A stretch of 64,000 bases of DNA from Thermoplasmatota archaeon (GTDB lineage: Archaea > Thermoplasmatota > E2 > JACPAO01 > JAHFTW01): positions 96,001 through 160,000 of the forward strand of contig JBFIHX010000003.1 in NCBI GenBank assembly GCA_041601615.1, given 5' to 3'. The translations under genes and the position numbers were made by a program. This document shows, piece after piece, positions 29,867 through 40,789 of the stretch. The notes under the pieces are model-generated. The model worked only from the letters and a program-made list of their open reading frames with translations, ran no database searches and was not told the origin of the DNA. Within the stretch, counting starts at the first letter, position 1, and every line of letters starts with the position of its first letter.

Positions 29867-29873
29867 GGTACCC

Positions 29874-30668
29874 ATGGCTATCAAGCTGGACATCAACGCA
29901 ATCGAAGAACGCTCCTGCACGTTCACCGTCGAAGGGGTCCGCCCCTACTTCGTGAATGCGCTGCGCCGCGTGCTGCTGTCCGAGGTGCCCAAGCTCGCCA
30001 TCGACGAGGTCACCTTCTACGACAACACCAGTGCGCTCTTCGACGAGATCCTAGCCCACCGCCTGAGCCTGCTCCCCGTCCCCACCGACCCGTCCACCCT
30101 CAACTTGGCCGGGCAGGTCAACGAGGAAGGCAAGCCCAGCTACATGGTGCGCTACACCCTTACGAAGGAAGGTCCCTGCACCGTCTACTCGGGCGACATG
30201 GAGTGCGAGGATGCGGCGTTCGCCATCGCGGACCCCAAAATCCCCATCGTCAAGCTGCTGGAAGGCCAACGCCTCATCCTAGAGGCCACCGCCGTCCTCG
30301 GCACCGGCACGGACCACGCCAAGTGGCAAGTCTGCCACGCGGTTGGCTACAAGTACTACCCCATCGCGACGATCGACCACAAGAAGATCACCCCCGAGAT
30401 GGTGGAAGCAGTCATCGCAAACACCCCCGCAGGAGTGCTCGGCAACGACAACGGCAAACTCATCGTCCTCGATGAAACCAGCGTCAACCGCGCCGACGAC
30501 GCCACCCTCATGACCAAGGGCGCCTTCAAAGTGGACTACAACGACCGCAAATTCGTCTTCCGCTTCGAAACCGACGGCTCCCTCAAGGCCGAAGACGCAC
30601 TCATGAAGGCCGTGGAGCTCCTCAAGGAACGCTTCAAGGGCTTCAGCGACGCCACCGGCGACATCTAG
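29874..30668 (+). CDS. rpoD: DNA-directed RNA polymerase subunit D (Rpo3)
   Basis: NALRRVLLSEVP, NTSALFDE.LAHRL, HAKWQ, FETDGS; start 29859 or 29874. Confidence 0.95.
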   Translation: MAIKLDINAIEERSCTFTVEGVRPYFVNALRRVLLSEVPKLAIDEVTFYDNTSALFDEILAHRLSLLPVPTDPSTLNLAGQVNEEGKPSYMVRYTLTKEGPCTVYSGDMECEDAAFAIADPKIPIVKLLEGQRLILEATAVLGTGTDHAKWQVCHAVGYKYYPIATIDHKKITPEMVEAVIANTPAGVLGNDNGKLIVLDETSVNRADDATLMTKGAFKVDYNDRKFVFRFETDGSLKAEDALMKAVELLKERFKGFSDATGDI

Positions 30669-30775
30669 GGTACCAGACCTCCTCTTTTCCCTCTCCTCAT
30701 TCCCCACGTCCTTTTTCCAAACCCTCAAATGAACGCCCAAAGTCGGACGCTCCGTGCCTCCAAGGGCACCCCAAC

Positions 30776-30857
30776 GCAAGGATAGTCAAGCGGCCAACGA
30801 CGTCAGGTTCAGGGCCTGATCCTTAGTGGTTCGCAGGTTCGAATCCTGCTCCTTGCA
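30776..30857 (+). tRNA. tRNA-Leu(CAG)
   Basis: Acceptor stem GCAAGGA/TCCTTGC + A; anticodon arm TCAGG-TTCAGGG-CCTGA; long variable arm; GGTTCGAATCC; no encoded CCA. Confidence 0.93.
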
Positions 30858-31028
30858 TTTCGCTGCGCTCAATGCAAGGCGCAGTATTCGGGCGCTTCGC
30901 GCCCTGGGCTTGCGGAAACCTCGCTGCGCTCCGGGTTCGCAAGCCATCGTACTCCTTGCACTCTCTCGCTTCGCTCCTTCGAGCAAGGAGCAATCTTCGG
31001 GCGCTTCGTGCCCTCGGCTTGCGGAAAA
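30849..31028 (+). repeat. tRNA-3'-end-linked tandem repeat (about 103-bp period, about 1.7 copies) of hairpins
   Basis: CTCCTTGCA at 30849 and 30952, each followed by GCAAGG..TTCGGGCGCTTCGyGCCCT.GGCTTGCGGAAA. Confidence 0.8.
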
Positions 31029-31149
31029 TTGGGATTCCAGAACCTGCTACCTTGCTTGGCTTGGTGCAGTTGCTGGCTCGGAAGGCCCTTCCGCGATGCT
31101 TCCCGTCTGGTTGCGGTACCCTTTACGACCCCGACGTGCTCCTTTTGTC

Positions 31150-31983
31150 GTGGCCTGGTCGGAGACGGAGAACGACGTTGCCATTGCGGCGTACTTCAAT
31201 CTCCTGGTTGCAGTCTTCAACGGCGAATCTGTGAACAAGAAGGCCGTCTATCGGCGCGTCTCCAGCGTCTTGGGCAACCGTCGCAATGCCGGCAGCGTAG
31301 AGCGCAAATTCCAGAACTACTCGTACGTCCTGGCTCGGATGGGTCTGCCGTACACGCCGGGCTTGAAGCCGCAGGCAAACATCCAATGGAGCCTTGTTCC
31401 TACACTCGTGGAAGAGTACATTGCCGACCACGACCCGTTTTCCAAGATTCGGTATCCCAGCACGGTTCCAGACGAGCGCAAGTACCTCGATCGTGCCTGG
31501 ACAAGTCTAATCGACGCAGTCCCGCCGCCCATGGGTGAGGACGGCCCACCCGTGCCCCACGACCCCGCCCGCGTGCGGAAGATTGACTTCGCCGGCCGCG
31601 ACGCTCGCAACCGTGCGCTGGGCCGTGCCGGCGAGGAATTTGTTGTCGAAATCCAGCGCCGTATTCTCATCGCCGCCGACCAACCCGACCTTGCCCGAAG
31701 CGTTGAGCATGTTGCCCTTCACGGCGACGGCGACGGCTACGATGTGGCATCCTACTATCCGGACGGCCGCGAACGCCTCATCGAGGTCAAGACCACGCCC
31801 CTGCGCCGAACGACGCCGTTCTATCTGACTGCCAACGAACTTCGCGCCAGTCACCACCACGCCGACGCCTTTGAGCTGCACCGTGTATACGATTGGGGCC
31901 GCGACCCCCGCATCTTCATCCTCCCGCCACCTCTGGACGAGCGCGTCCATCTTGACCCAGTGCAGTATCGAGCAAGATTTTGA
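31150..31983 (+). CDS. DUF3883 (NOV_C) PD-(D/E)XK domain protein
   Basis: LGRAGEEFV, GDGDGYDV, IEVKTT, FYLTANE; N-terminal WSETE..AYF helical domain. Confidence 0.85.
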   Translation: MAWSETENDVAIAAYFNLLVAVFNGESVNKKAVYRRVSSVLGNRRNAGSVERKFQNYSYVLARMGLPYTPGLKPQANIQWSLVPTLVEEYIADHDPFSKIRYPSTVPDERKYLDRAWTSLIDAVPPPMGEDGPPVPHDPARVRKIDFAGRDARNRALGRAGEEFVVEIQRRILIAADQPDLARSVEHVALHGDGDGYDVASYYPDGRERLIEVKTTPLRRTTPFYLTANELRASHHHADAFELHRVYDWGRDPRIFILPPPLDERVHLDPVQYRARF

Positions 31984-32040
31984 CGGCGGTGCATGTGCCC
32001 GACGGCTACTTCTATATGCAGAATTATGATAAGCAGACTT

Positions 32041-33417
32041 ATGGTATTTGTCAATCGGGAACGAGAACTGGTGGAACTCTCCGCCCTCGTGTCCTCTGGC
32101 GAGTCCCACTTGGCGCTTCTCTATGGTCGCCGCCGCCTTGGAAAGACTGCCCTCTTGCGCCGTCTGCGAGACGAGCACGGCGGCCTCTATTTCCAGGTGC
32201 CCGATCAAGCAGAATCTGGAATCTTGCACCATCTCAATGCACGGCTCAAGGAGCAGACTGGTCGCCCTATCCAGTACGCGAGCATCCAGGATTTCCTATT
32301 CGACCTGGGCTCGCACGGCGAACGGTTTGTGGTGTTGGATGAAGCGCAACGGCTCTTTGAAGCGGTGCCTGGCTCCGACAGCTTGCTGCAAGAAGCGTGG
32401 GATGTGCGGCTGAAGGAGCAGGGCATTGTTGTCGCTTTGTGTGGCAGTGTCATCGGGACTCTTGAAGCGCTCCTGGACTCCAAGAGCCCCCTGTATGGTC
32501 GTATCACCTACTACCATCACCTAGCCCCTTTCAGCTACGCGGCGGTTCGTCAGTTCTACCCAGACCTGAGCGAGACGCAACGATTGGAGCGGTACGCGGT
32601 CCTTGGCGCAACGCCACACTACCACGACATCAATCTGGGCAATATGCAACTCAGGGATGCTGTCCGCCGCAGTTTTTTGGACAATGGCGCTCCGCTTCGA
32701 GAGGAGCCTCGGACTCTGTTTGCCATCGAGTTCCAGAAACCCGACCGGTACCAGGAAATCTTGGAAGCCATGGGACGGGGGGCGCAAACACTTGGCGAGG
32801 TGGCACAATACTATGGTCGCCAAGGGAGCGACTACACGCCCTACTTTCAGGCGTTGCGCGACCGTCTTCGCGTGGTGGCCGACACAGATCCCGTCGGGGG
32901 CAAGAAGCGCCGCAAGCGCATCGGCTTCACGGACCCGTTTTTCCAATTCTACTACGCCCACATCTACCCGAACATGGACCGAATCGAGTTGGGCGATGAA
33001 GAGGGCGTTCTTGCGGAGGTTCTGGAGGGGTTGCCGAGTCTTGTGGGTCGTGTCTGGGAGCGGGTGTGCCGAGAGTGGATGATCAAGATGCAGGGCAGGG
33101 AGCACGAGGGGGTTTTGATCCGGTTTCGGGAGCTGGGCGCATGGTGGGACGGAGCAGACGAACTCGACGTTGTAGCACGAGGCGATGGCATCGTGTACTG
33201 TGGAGAGTGCAAGTATCGCCGCAAACCCGTGACGAAGGCGGAACTGCAGCTCCTGAAAGCGCGTGGGGCGCAGGTCCAGGCTTCCACAGGGGCAAAATCG
33301 TTGCATTTGTTCTTGTGGACAAAGGGCGATTTGGAACCGGCGGCAAAAGCATTCGCGGACGTAGAGGGAATCCATGTGCTCAACGTAGCGCAAATCGTCA
33401 AAGCCATCTCAACGTAG
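32041..33417 (+). CDS. archaeal AAA ATPase with C-terminal DUF234/PD-(D/E)XK domain
   Basis: FVNREREL, YGRRRLGKT, VLDEAQ, SPLYGR, DPFFQFY, ELDVV..GECK. Confidence 0.9.
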   Translation: MVFVNRERELVELSALVSSGESHLALLYGRRRLGKTALLRRLRDEHGGLYFQVPDQAESGILHHLNARLKEQTGRPIQYASIQDFLFDLGSHGERFVVLDEAQRLFEAVPGSDSLLQEAWDVRLKEQGIVVALCGSVIGTLEALLDSKSPLYGRITYYHHLAPFSYAAVRQFYPDLSETQRLERYAVLGATPHYHDINLGNMQLRDAVRRSFLDNGAPLREEPRTLFAIEFQKPDRYQEILEAMGRGAQTLGEVAQYYGRQGSDYTPYFQALRDRLRVVADTDPVGGKKRRKRIGFTDPFFQFYYAHIYPNMDRIELGDEEGVLAEVLEGLPSLVGRVWERVCREWMIKMQGREHEGVLIRFRELGAWWDGADELDVVARGDGIVYCGECKYRRKPVTKAELQLLKARGAQVQASTGAKSLHLFLWTKGDLEPAAKAFADVEGIHVLNVAQIVKAIST

Positions 33418-33558
33418 GGGCTAGAACCAGTACGGGCGCGCCGTGATTCGCCCTCGTTCATGCCATGGCGGGCAAAGAATCGGTCCGGGCCACGGAATGC
33501 TTTCGTCGGCCCCGGAGAGTACGAGGGGAGAGAGGAAGGAAGAGGAAGGCGACGCGCC

Positions 33559-34893
33559 CTAGAAATCGTCCACAGTAACTTCGAATGTCAGCCACTCGCC
33601 GTTGAACTGGTCGTATCCGCTGCCCTCGGGGTTGTCGTAGCCGTAGGCGAGCGCCGGGGGCACGATCAGGCTCGCGGTCTCCCCAAAGCCAAGTCCCAGG
33701 AGGCCAAGGTCGACGCCGGTGACGAGCCCGCCGCTGCCGACGTTGATGCCGGGGATGGTGCCTTCCCAGAACCCCTTCCCGTCGTCGGTGAAGTCGCCGT
33801 CGAAGGTGACGGTGGCGGAGGCGCCTCGTTGGACCGTGGGCGCAAGTTCGGGGGCGATCCTGAGAACCGCATTCACGGTGACGCTGCCGACGGTGATGGC
33901 AAGTTCGTGGTCGCCGCTGGCGTCCTCGGGGATGGTCAGGTGCATGACGGTCCAGCCCCAGTCTGGGTACTCGCGGCCTTCCTTGCTGCCCATGGGGCTG
34001 AGGGTGAGCGAGTCCTGCTCGAACGTCAAGGTCCAGCCTTCGGGCGGTGCTGCGCCGTCGATGGTTGCCGTGAGATCCACGATTGCGGTGTTGTCTCGGC
34101 TGTTGTGGGCCCAGAGGAGCATGCGCTCGTCGGTGCTGCACACGTTCCAAACGTGCGGGGTGATGAGGCCGGCTTGTAGGTTGCCCTCGAGGACGATGTC
34201 GCTGGAGGTGTGCTCGGCGGGGGCACTGGGGCAGGCGACGCGGGGCGCCGGTGCCTCATCTGGACTTGTCTGGGTTGGAATGGCAGGGCCCGAGGAGCGC
34301 CGAATGCTCTTGATGACTACGTCGTCTACGGGGCACGATGGCTTGGACTCCGATTGGCAGTGTTGATCAGCGCGTCCTTGGTACATTTCCACGGGAACGC
34401 CCGCGATGGCGTCCACCACTTCCTTGCCATCGATAACGTGGCCGAAAACGGCGTAGCCTGCGCTGCTGCCTTGGGGGTCAAGGAAGGTGTTGTCGGCGTG
34501 GTTGATGAAGAATTGAGTCGTAGCGCTGTCCGGGGCGTTGGTGCGTGCCATAGCGATGGTGTACTTGGAATTCAGGAGCCCGGAGGATTTGGCCTCGTTT
34601 TGCACCGGCGGGTATGCGGGATCCTTGAATTTTCCGTCCGTGCCCATGCCGCCGCCTTGGATCATGAAGCCGTCGAGGATGCGGTGGAACAGCGTCTGAT
34701 CATAGAAGCCGTCGTCCACGTACTTGAGGAAATTCTCCACAGTCTTCGGAGCTGCATCCACCTCCAATTGCAGGACAATGTCTCCTAGGTCGGTCTCAAT
34801 GATCACTTGATTGGAGCTGGTTTCGTCGTCGCCGCTCGTACAACCCGAAAGGGCAGGAAGCAGGAGGAGGGCAGTCCACAGCAGTACGCGCAT
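33559..34893 (-). CDS. lipoprotein with cyclophilin domain and C-terminal FKBP-like domain
   Basis: LSGC lipobox; FHRILDGFMIQGG, AMART..PDSATTQFFIN; tail G...LVTG...GL..GET...VPP..AYG. Confidence 0.85.
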   Translation of the reverse strand: MRVLLWTALLLLPALSGCTSGDDETSSNQVIIETDLGDIVLQLEVDAAPKTVENFLKYVDDGFYDQTLFHRILDGFMIQGGGMGTDGKFKDPAYPPVQNEAKSSGLLNSKYTIAMARTNAPDSATTQFFINHADNTFLDPQGSSAGYAVFGHVIDGKEVVDAIAGVPVEMYQGRADQHCQSESKPSCPVDDVVIKSIRRSSGPAIPTQTSPDEAPAPRVACPSAPAEHTSSDIVLEGNLQAGLITPHVWNVCSTDERMLLWAHNSRDNTAIVDLTATIDGAAPPEGWTLTFEQDSLTLSPMGSKEGREYPDWGWTVMHLTIPEDASGDHELAITVGSVTVNAVLRIAPELAPTVQRGASATVTFDGDFTDDGKGFWEGTIPGINVGSGGLVTGVDLGLLGLGFGETASLIVPPALAYGYDNPEGSGYDQFNGEWLTFEVTVDDF

Positions 34894-34987
34894 GAGCGGA
34901 TGACTCTGGGGTGCCTCCAAAACGGTTGGGGTTGCTGCGACTCTCGGTGGGTGCCTTTTTGACACAGCAGCCCGTCGGCTAGAATCC

Positions 34988-35989
34988 GTGAGTGAGGGCC
35001 ATCGAGAGGTTCCGGTCGCTGTGGTGGGCAGCGGCGGCTTTGGAACGTGCCTTTCTACACTCCTTGCCAAGAACGGCATCGAGGTGCGCCAGTGGTGCCG
35101 GCGCCCCGAATATGCGCAAACGCTTGCCAATCGACGTGAGAACGTCAAGTACCTTCCAGGCGTGAAATTGCCGACCAATGTCTGGATTACGAGCAGTCTC
35201 CAGGATGCAGTTGAGGGCGCGGGCGTCGTCGTGGTGGCGGTTCCGAGCCAAGCTGTCCGCGAGACGGCGCAGTTGTTCAAGCCCTACTTGGCGCCGGGCG
35301 CGGTGCTTCTGAATGTGGCCAAGGGCATTGAGCACGATTCGTTCCTGCGCATGAGCCAGGTTCTTGCAGACGTGGTGGGCGACGGGCATCCGGTGGCGAG
35401 CCTTTCGGGCCCCAACCACGCGGAGGAAATTGCACGCGGCATGCCAGGCGCCACCGTGATTGCCAGCCTTACCCCGTCGTGCCTGCCGCTGCTTTGTGAC
35501 ATTTTCACCACGGACACCTTCAAGGCGTTCCCGCGCAAGGATTTGGCCGGCGTGGAGCTTGGTGGGGTTCTCAAGAACATCACGGCCATTGCGGCAGGAG
35601 TCACGAAGGGCATTGGCTTCGGTGACAATTCGGCTGCGGCGGTCATTACGCTGGGTTTGGATGAGATGGTGCGCTTCGGCACCGCCCACGGAGCCAAGGC
35701 GCGCACCTTCACTGGCTTGTCTGGCCTCGGCGACCTCATCGCGACTGCCACGAGCGAGCACAGCCGCAATCGTCGTATCGGTGAATTGCTGGGGCGCGGC
35801 CTGACGTACACCGAGGCGTTGTCGACCATGGGCGGCAAGGTGGCAGAAGGCATCCATGCGGCTCGGTTCGTGCATGAGCAAGCGGTCGCCGAGGGTATCG
35901 ACTTGCCGTTGACGTCGGAGATTTACAGGATTTTGTACGAGGGAAAGGACGTGCGGGTTGCCGTGCGGGACTTGTTGGCGTTGTTGTAG
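34988..35989 (+). CDS. gpsA: NAD(P)H-dependent glycerol-3-phosphate dehydrogenase
   Basis: GSGGFG, N.KYLP, KGIE, SGPNHA, GVELGG.LKN, GLSGLGDLIAT..S.HSRN, VAEG. Confidence 0.93.
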   Translation: MSEGHREVPVAVVGSGGFGTCLSTLLAKNGIEVRQWCRRPEYAQTLANRRENVKYLPGVKLPTNVWITSSLQDAVEGAGVVVVAVPSQAVRETAQLFKPYLAPGAVLLNVAKGIEHDSFLRMSQVLADVVGDGHPVASLSGPNHAEEIARGMPGATVIASLTPSCLPLLCDIFTTDTFKAFPRKDLAGVELGGVLKNITAIAAGVTKGIGFGDNSAAAVITLGLDEMVRFGTAHGAKARTFTGLSGLGDLIATATSEHSRNRRIGELLGRGLTYTEALSTMGGKVAEGIHAARFVHEQAVAEGIDLPLTSEIYRILYEGKDVRVAVRDLLALL

Positions 35990-36101
35990 CCTAAGGCCCC
36001 CTCTGCCGGCTGACCATTGCTCCCCGTTGATGCGTTTGGACGCTTTTTCCCACCGATCGCCAAGAAAAACGCTAATCCGGGGTAGGACTGACAGGGCTGT
36101 G

Positions 36102-37811
36102 ATGCGCGCCACCTGGGCCGTCCTGCTGCTTGCCCTGCCTGCCCTGTCTGGGTGCTTGAGTTTTCTCGAAAACGACGACCCCGACGCCGGCCGGGACGCG
36201 GTTCCTCCGCGTGACGTGGCAAATCCCTCCGACTACACCGTCACCAGCGTGAAGGTGCACGGCAAAGCAATGGACGACGCAATCAGCATCCCCGGATTTG
36301 GCGGCACGCCCCTGTCGGCGGTGGTGTATGAGCCCTTGTCGCCGGATGCGCTCCCCGACGGGTCGGCGCCGGCGTTTCCGGTCCTGATTTTCATGCACGG
36401 TTGGGGCAACAGCAAGGAATTCTGGGAGAATGTGCGCTTCGAGACGGCAGCACCTCCTGTGAACCTCTTGGAGAAATTCGCAGCGGAAGGCTTCGTCACC
36501 GTGGCCTACGACGCTCGTGGCTTTGGTCGCAGCGGCGGCGAGGCTACTGTGGCGGGCCCGGCGGAAATGGAGGACCTGGATCTGGTTCGCCAGTACGTTC
36601 AGGACCGATTCCACACGACGAGCTACGTCGGGGTTACTGGCATGAGCTACGGCGGCGGCCAGTCTCTGAATGCGTGGGCGACCAATCCGTTCATCACGAC
36701 TGCGGCGGTTCACGACGGCTGGACGGACCTGTATGATGCGCTCCTGCCGGGCAACGTTCCCAAGGCTGAGTGGGCCGTGACGTTGGCTGCCGTGGGCACC
36801 GTTGGCGGCGTAGTTCCGGACCCCGCCGGCGGCAGCACGGGCAACATCGACACCATGGTGTACAAGTGGTTCGAGGACGCAGCGATTCGCCAAAACCTGG
36901 CGGAAATGGAGGTGCAGATGGACGCACGCAGCAGCGCCGGTCGCCTCGGCAACGTCCAGAAGCCCATGTTCTTGTGCCAAGGCCTGCAAGAAACCCTGTT
37001 TCCGCAATTCCACGACGCGCTTCTCGATGCCAGCGGCTTCACCCGAGCTTATGTGCACACGGGCGGCCACGGCACCTACGACGAAACGTGCTGGGACCGA
37101 ACGCTCGACTGGTTCCGCTTCTTCTTGCTGGGTGTGGACGTGGGTGTCGACAAGTGGCCCTTTTTGGAGACAGTTGACGCCGATTCCAACAACCCCGTCC
37201 TGAGCTTTGCTCGCGCCGAACTGGAGGACGCACGCGACAACGCCATGGTGTACCACTTGCGCGAGCCGGACCTCGTGCAATTCGACAACATGGCGACCTT
37301 TGTGGTCAACCAGCGCTTCGTGAGCAACCCGCTGCAAGAACCAACGGTGCTGTGGGATCAAGCGAAACTGAGCTACAACGCCATGCCGCACCAGCTTCGC
37401 TTCGAAGGAGACGACCCTTCCTCCGTGTACTTCACGACCAAGGCATTCGAACGCAGCACCGTGGTGCTCGGATCCCCGCAATTGACCCTCGACTTGGGCG
37501 CCGACAGCAACGCCACGAACTTCCAAGTGGTTGCGAGCCTGTACCATGTCCTCGACAACGAAGGCAGCGAAACCAGCCGACTCCTAGCCCGTGGCGCCTA
37601 CGCCTTCGTCGACGGAGTCACGGCCGCCCACGACGGCACCGTCTCGGTTCCCATGGACTGGACGAAGGCAACCCTGCAAAGCGGCGACCGGCTCCTGTTT
37701 AAAATCTCGGCCAACGACGCCAGCGCCTACCTGCCCTACCAAGGCGCAGCAGCGCCATATTCGGTGACGTTCACGGGACACTCGACGTTTGAGGTTCCGG
37801 TCTTCGCCTAG
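36102..37811 (+). CDS. CocE/NonD-like alpha/beta hydrolase lipoprotein
   Basis: LSGC lipobox; HGWG, YDARGFG.S.G, nucleophile GMSYGG. Confidence 0.85.
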   Translation: MRATWAVLLLALPALSGCLSFLENDDPDAGRDAVPPRDVANPSDYTVTSVKVHGKAMDDAISIPGFGGTPLSAVVYEPLSPDALPDGSAPAFPVLIFMHGWGNSKEFWENVRFETAAPPVNLLEKFAAEGFVTVAYDARGFGRSGGEATVAGPAEMEDLDLVRQYVQDRFHTTSYVGVTGMSYGGGQSLNAWATNPFITTAAVHDGWTDLYDALLPGNVPKAEWAVTLAAVGTVGGVVPDPAGGSTGNIDTMVYKWFEDAAIRQNLAEMEVQMDARSSAGRLGNVQKPMFLCQGLQETLFPQFHDALLDASGFTRAYVHTGGHGTYDETCWDRTLDWFRFFLLGVDVGVDKWPFLETVDADSNNPVLSFARAELEDARDNAMVYHLREPDLVQFDNMATFVVNQRFVSNPLQEPTVLWDQAKLSYNAMPHQLRFEGDDPSSVYFTTKAFERSTVVLGSPQLTLDLGADSNATNFQVVASLYHVLDNEGSETSRLLARGAYAFVDGVTAAHDGTVSVPMDWTKATLQSGDRLLFKISANDASAYLPYQGAAAPYSVTFTGHSTFEVPVFA

Positions 37812-37930
37812 TCAGCTAGTCAGCCTAATCGGAATGAACGCCGCGAGGTGGCCATGCGCGGTGCATGGGTGGCGCTTTCGCTGGAACGCGTTGCTACGCG
37901 ACGCGGTGTTGGCGCAGATTGATTGGTGCC

Positions 37931-39121
<1,191 letters not shown>

Positions 39122-39333
39122 GCAGCCCCCGGGAGCCGTACGCCATCAAAAGGGGTTCTCAAAGTGGCCACTGCGGCCGGAGCCCCCGCCGAGCCTATTT
39201 GGGGCCGACTTGAGGGCGTCCAATGGGCCGATTTTGGATCAGGGGCAGAGGAGAGTGTTGGCCCTGCGGACAAGGTCCCTTCGGCCTCGAAGTCGCCCGT
39301 TTAAGCAGCGGGTCGGGTTCGTGCGTTTTGAAC

Positions 39334-39852
39334 ATGTACGGCTACACGCCTCCAGCCGTCCTCGCCGTGGACCCGGCCTTCCTGTCCGATTGCGGCGGTT
39401 TCCAGCGCATCGCCTGGGCCCTGCATGAGCAATTGTTGCGTCGGCCCGTATGGGTCGTGGTGTGCGGCTCCGTGGACTTGGAGGAAGAGTCACCCGAAGA
39501 GCAGGCAGCGCTCCTCGAATCGTACTTCATGGACCCCGCTGCCGTCCCCGCCCGCATGCCGGAGAGCACAGACGAGAGTGTTGCCCTGGCGCTGCAAAGC
39601 CACCTTCGGGACCATGGCATTGAGCTGCCCATCTTGCTTTCGCCCGTTCGCGCCCAGCCCCATGCTGTGCGCAGTGCCATCGTTCCCGGCCCATGGGGAG
39701 TCGCTGCGGGCATCGCTCGCACCCTAGGAGCATCCCGTGTTACGGCTTGGACACAAGATACGCGGTGGGTGCCGCGCAGCGTTGAGGGCATGCCGTTCGA
39801 TTCGTCCACGCCCGGCGGTCCTCGCCTCGACGGATTGCCCATCGGTGGGTAA
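39334..39852 (+). CDS. hypothetical protein
   Basis: 172-aa ORF co-oriented directly upstream of module 2. Confidence 0.5.
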   Translation: MYGYTPPAVLAVDPAFLSDCGGFQRIAWALHEQLLRRPVWVVVCGSVDLEEESPEEQAALLESYFMDPAAVPARMPESTDESVALALQSHLRDHGIELPILLSPVRAQPHAVRSAIVPGPWGVAAGIARTLGASRVTAWTQDTRWVPRSVEGMPFDSSTPGGPRLDGLPIGG

Positions 39853-39901
39853 CGAAGCGACGCAGACACATTTTGAGTCAGGCCCGTATGCGGCGCTCGT
39901 G

Positions 39902-40789
39902 GTGCAAGCAGGCGACAGCAAGAAATGGATAGCGACCCTCCTGATGATGGTGGTCGTAGCGCCTCTGGTGGAGGCGGGCCCATTGGATTCTCAACTCGTG
40001 GAACCGGCCACCGTGGTCGCCCCGATTCATGAGCCAACGCTCGCGCAGCCATGGGATGCCAAGGTGTTGGAGTTTGACTTCCTCGCCCCCAACAAGGCCA
40101 ACCTGGTCCAAAACCTCGTCAGCGTGGCTCCTCCGAGCACCCCCCGCGTCATTCCAGACCCGCGGATCATCGAATCCCTCACCAACCCGGTCCGAGAAAT
40201 TCTCTCCATGCAACCGGGCGATGTACTGGAGGCAATTCCCTTCCAGCCGCCACGCAACCTCGAAATGGAAGTTCTCAGCCAATTCTCCATCTCCTTGACC
40301 TGGGAGGAACCCGGATCGGACGGCGCCACCGCATACCGCGTCTACCGCGCCGACTTGCCCAACAAAAATGGCTTGCCCCTCCTTGCCGCCAATCCTCGCG
40401 ACACGGCTTACCGCCCCGAGCCGATTGCAGAAGTTCCCGTCGGGACCACCAGCTACCAGGACGACAGCGTCACACTGGCCGACGAACACTATGCCTACTT
40501 CGTCACCGCCGTGTACGACAACCCGCTGCTCTTGCTGGCAGGATCGGCGCTCGCCCCAGAATCCAATGTGCCGGGAAGCTCCTCTATGGGACTGAGCCCG
40601 AGCATGAACGACGAAGTCGAATCCCTGCCCAGCAATGTCCAATCCACCGTCAACGGCACCGGACCCTGCCCCCCCGTGAACATTTCCTTTGACCCGCTCC
40701 TGGTGTTTGTCCAAGAAGACTGCATTCCGCCTCCGCCTTCCCTCATGGTCTCCGTGCCCAACGGGACCCACGTTCAGGTGAGCATGTGA
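39902..40789 (+). CDS. secreted fibronectin type III protein with C-terminal Cys loop (module 2)
   Basis: Signal peptide; PPRNL..ISLTW..YRVYR..Y.D..Y.Y.VTAV..ES.PSN; CPPVNISFDPLLVFVQEDC. Confidence 0.75.
   Translation: MQAGDSKKWIATLLMMVVVAPLVEAGPLDSQLVEPATVVAPIHEPTLAQPWDAKVLEFDFLAPNKANLVQNLVSVAPPSTPRVIPDPRIIESLTNPVREILSMQPGDVLEAIPFQPPRNLEMEVLSQFSISLTWEEPGSDGATAYRVYRADLPNKNGLPLLAANPRDTAYRPEPIAEVPVGTTSYQDDSVTLADEHYAYFVTAVYDNPLLLLAGSALAPESNVPGSSSMGLSPSMNDEVESLPSNVQSTVNGTGPCPPVNISFDPLLVFVQEDCIPPPPSLMVSVPNGTHVQVSM

Noticed and set aside
30849-31028. Possible CRISPR array
   Set aside because: Fewer than two full units, no unique spacers and no cas genes.
30826-31149. N-terminal extension of the 385-aa ORF
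   Set aside because: Overlaps the tRNA and the repeat; the real start is probably GTG 31150.
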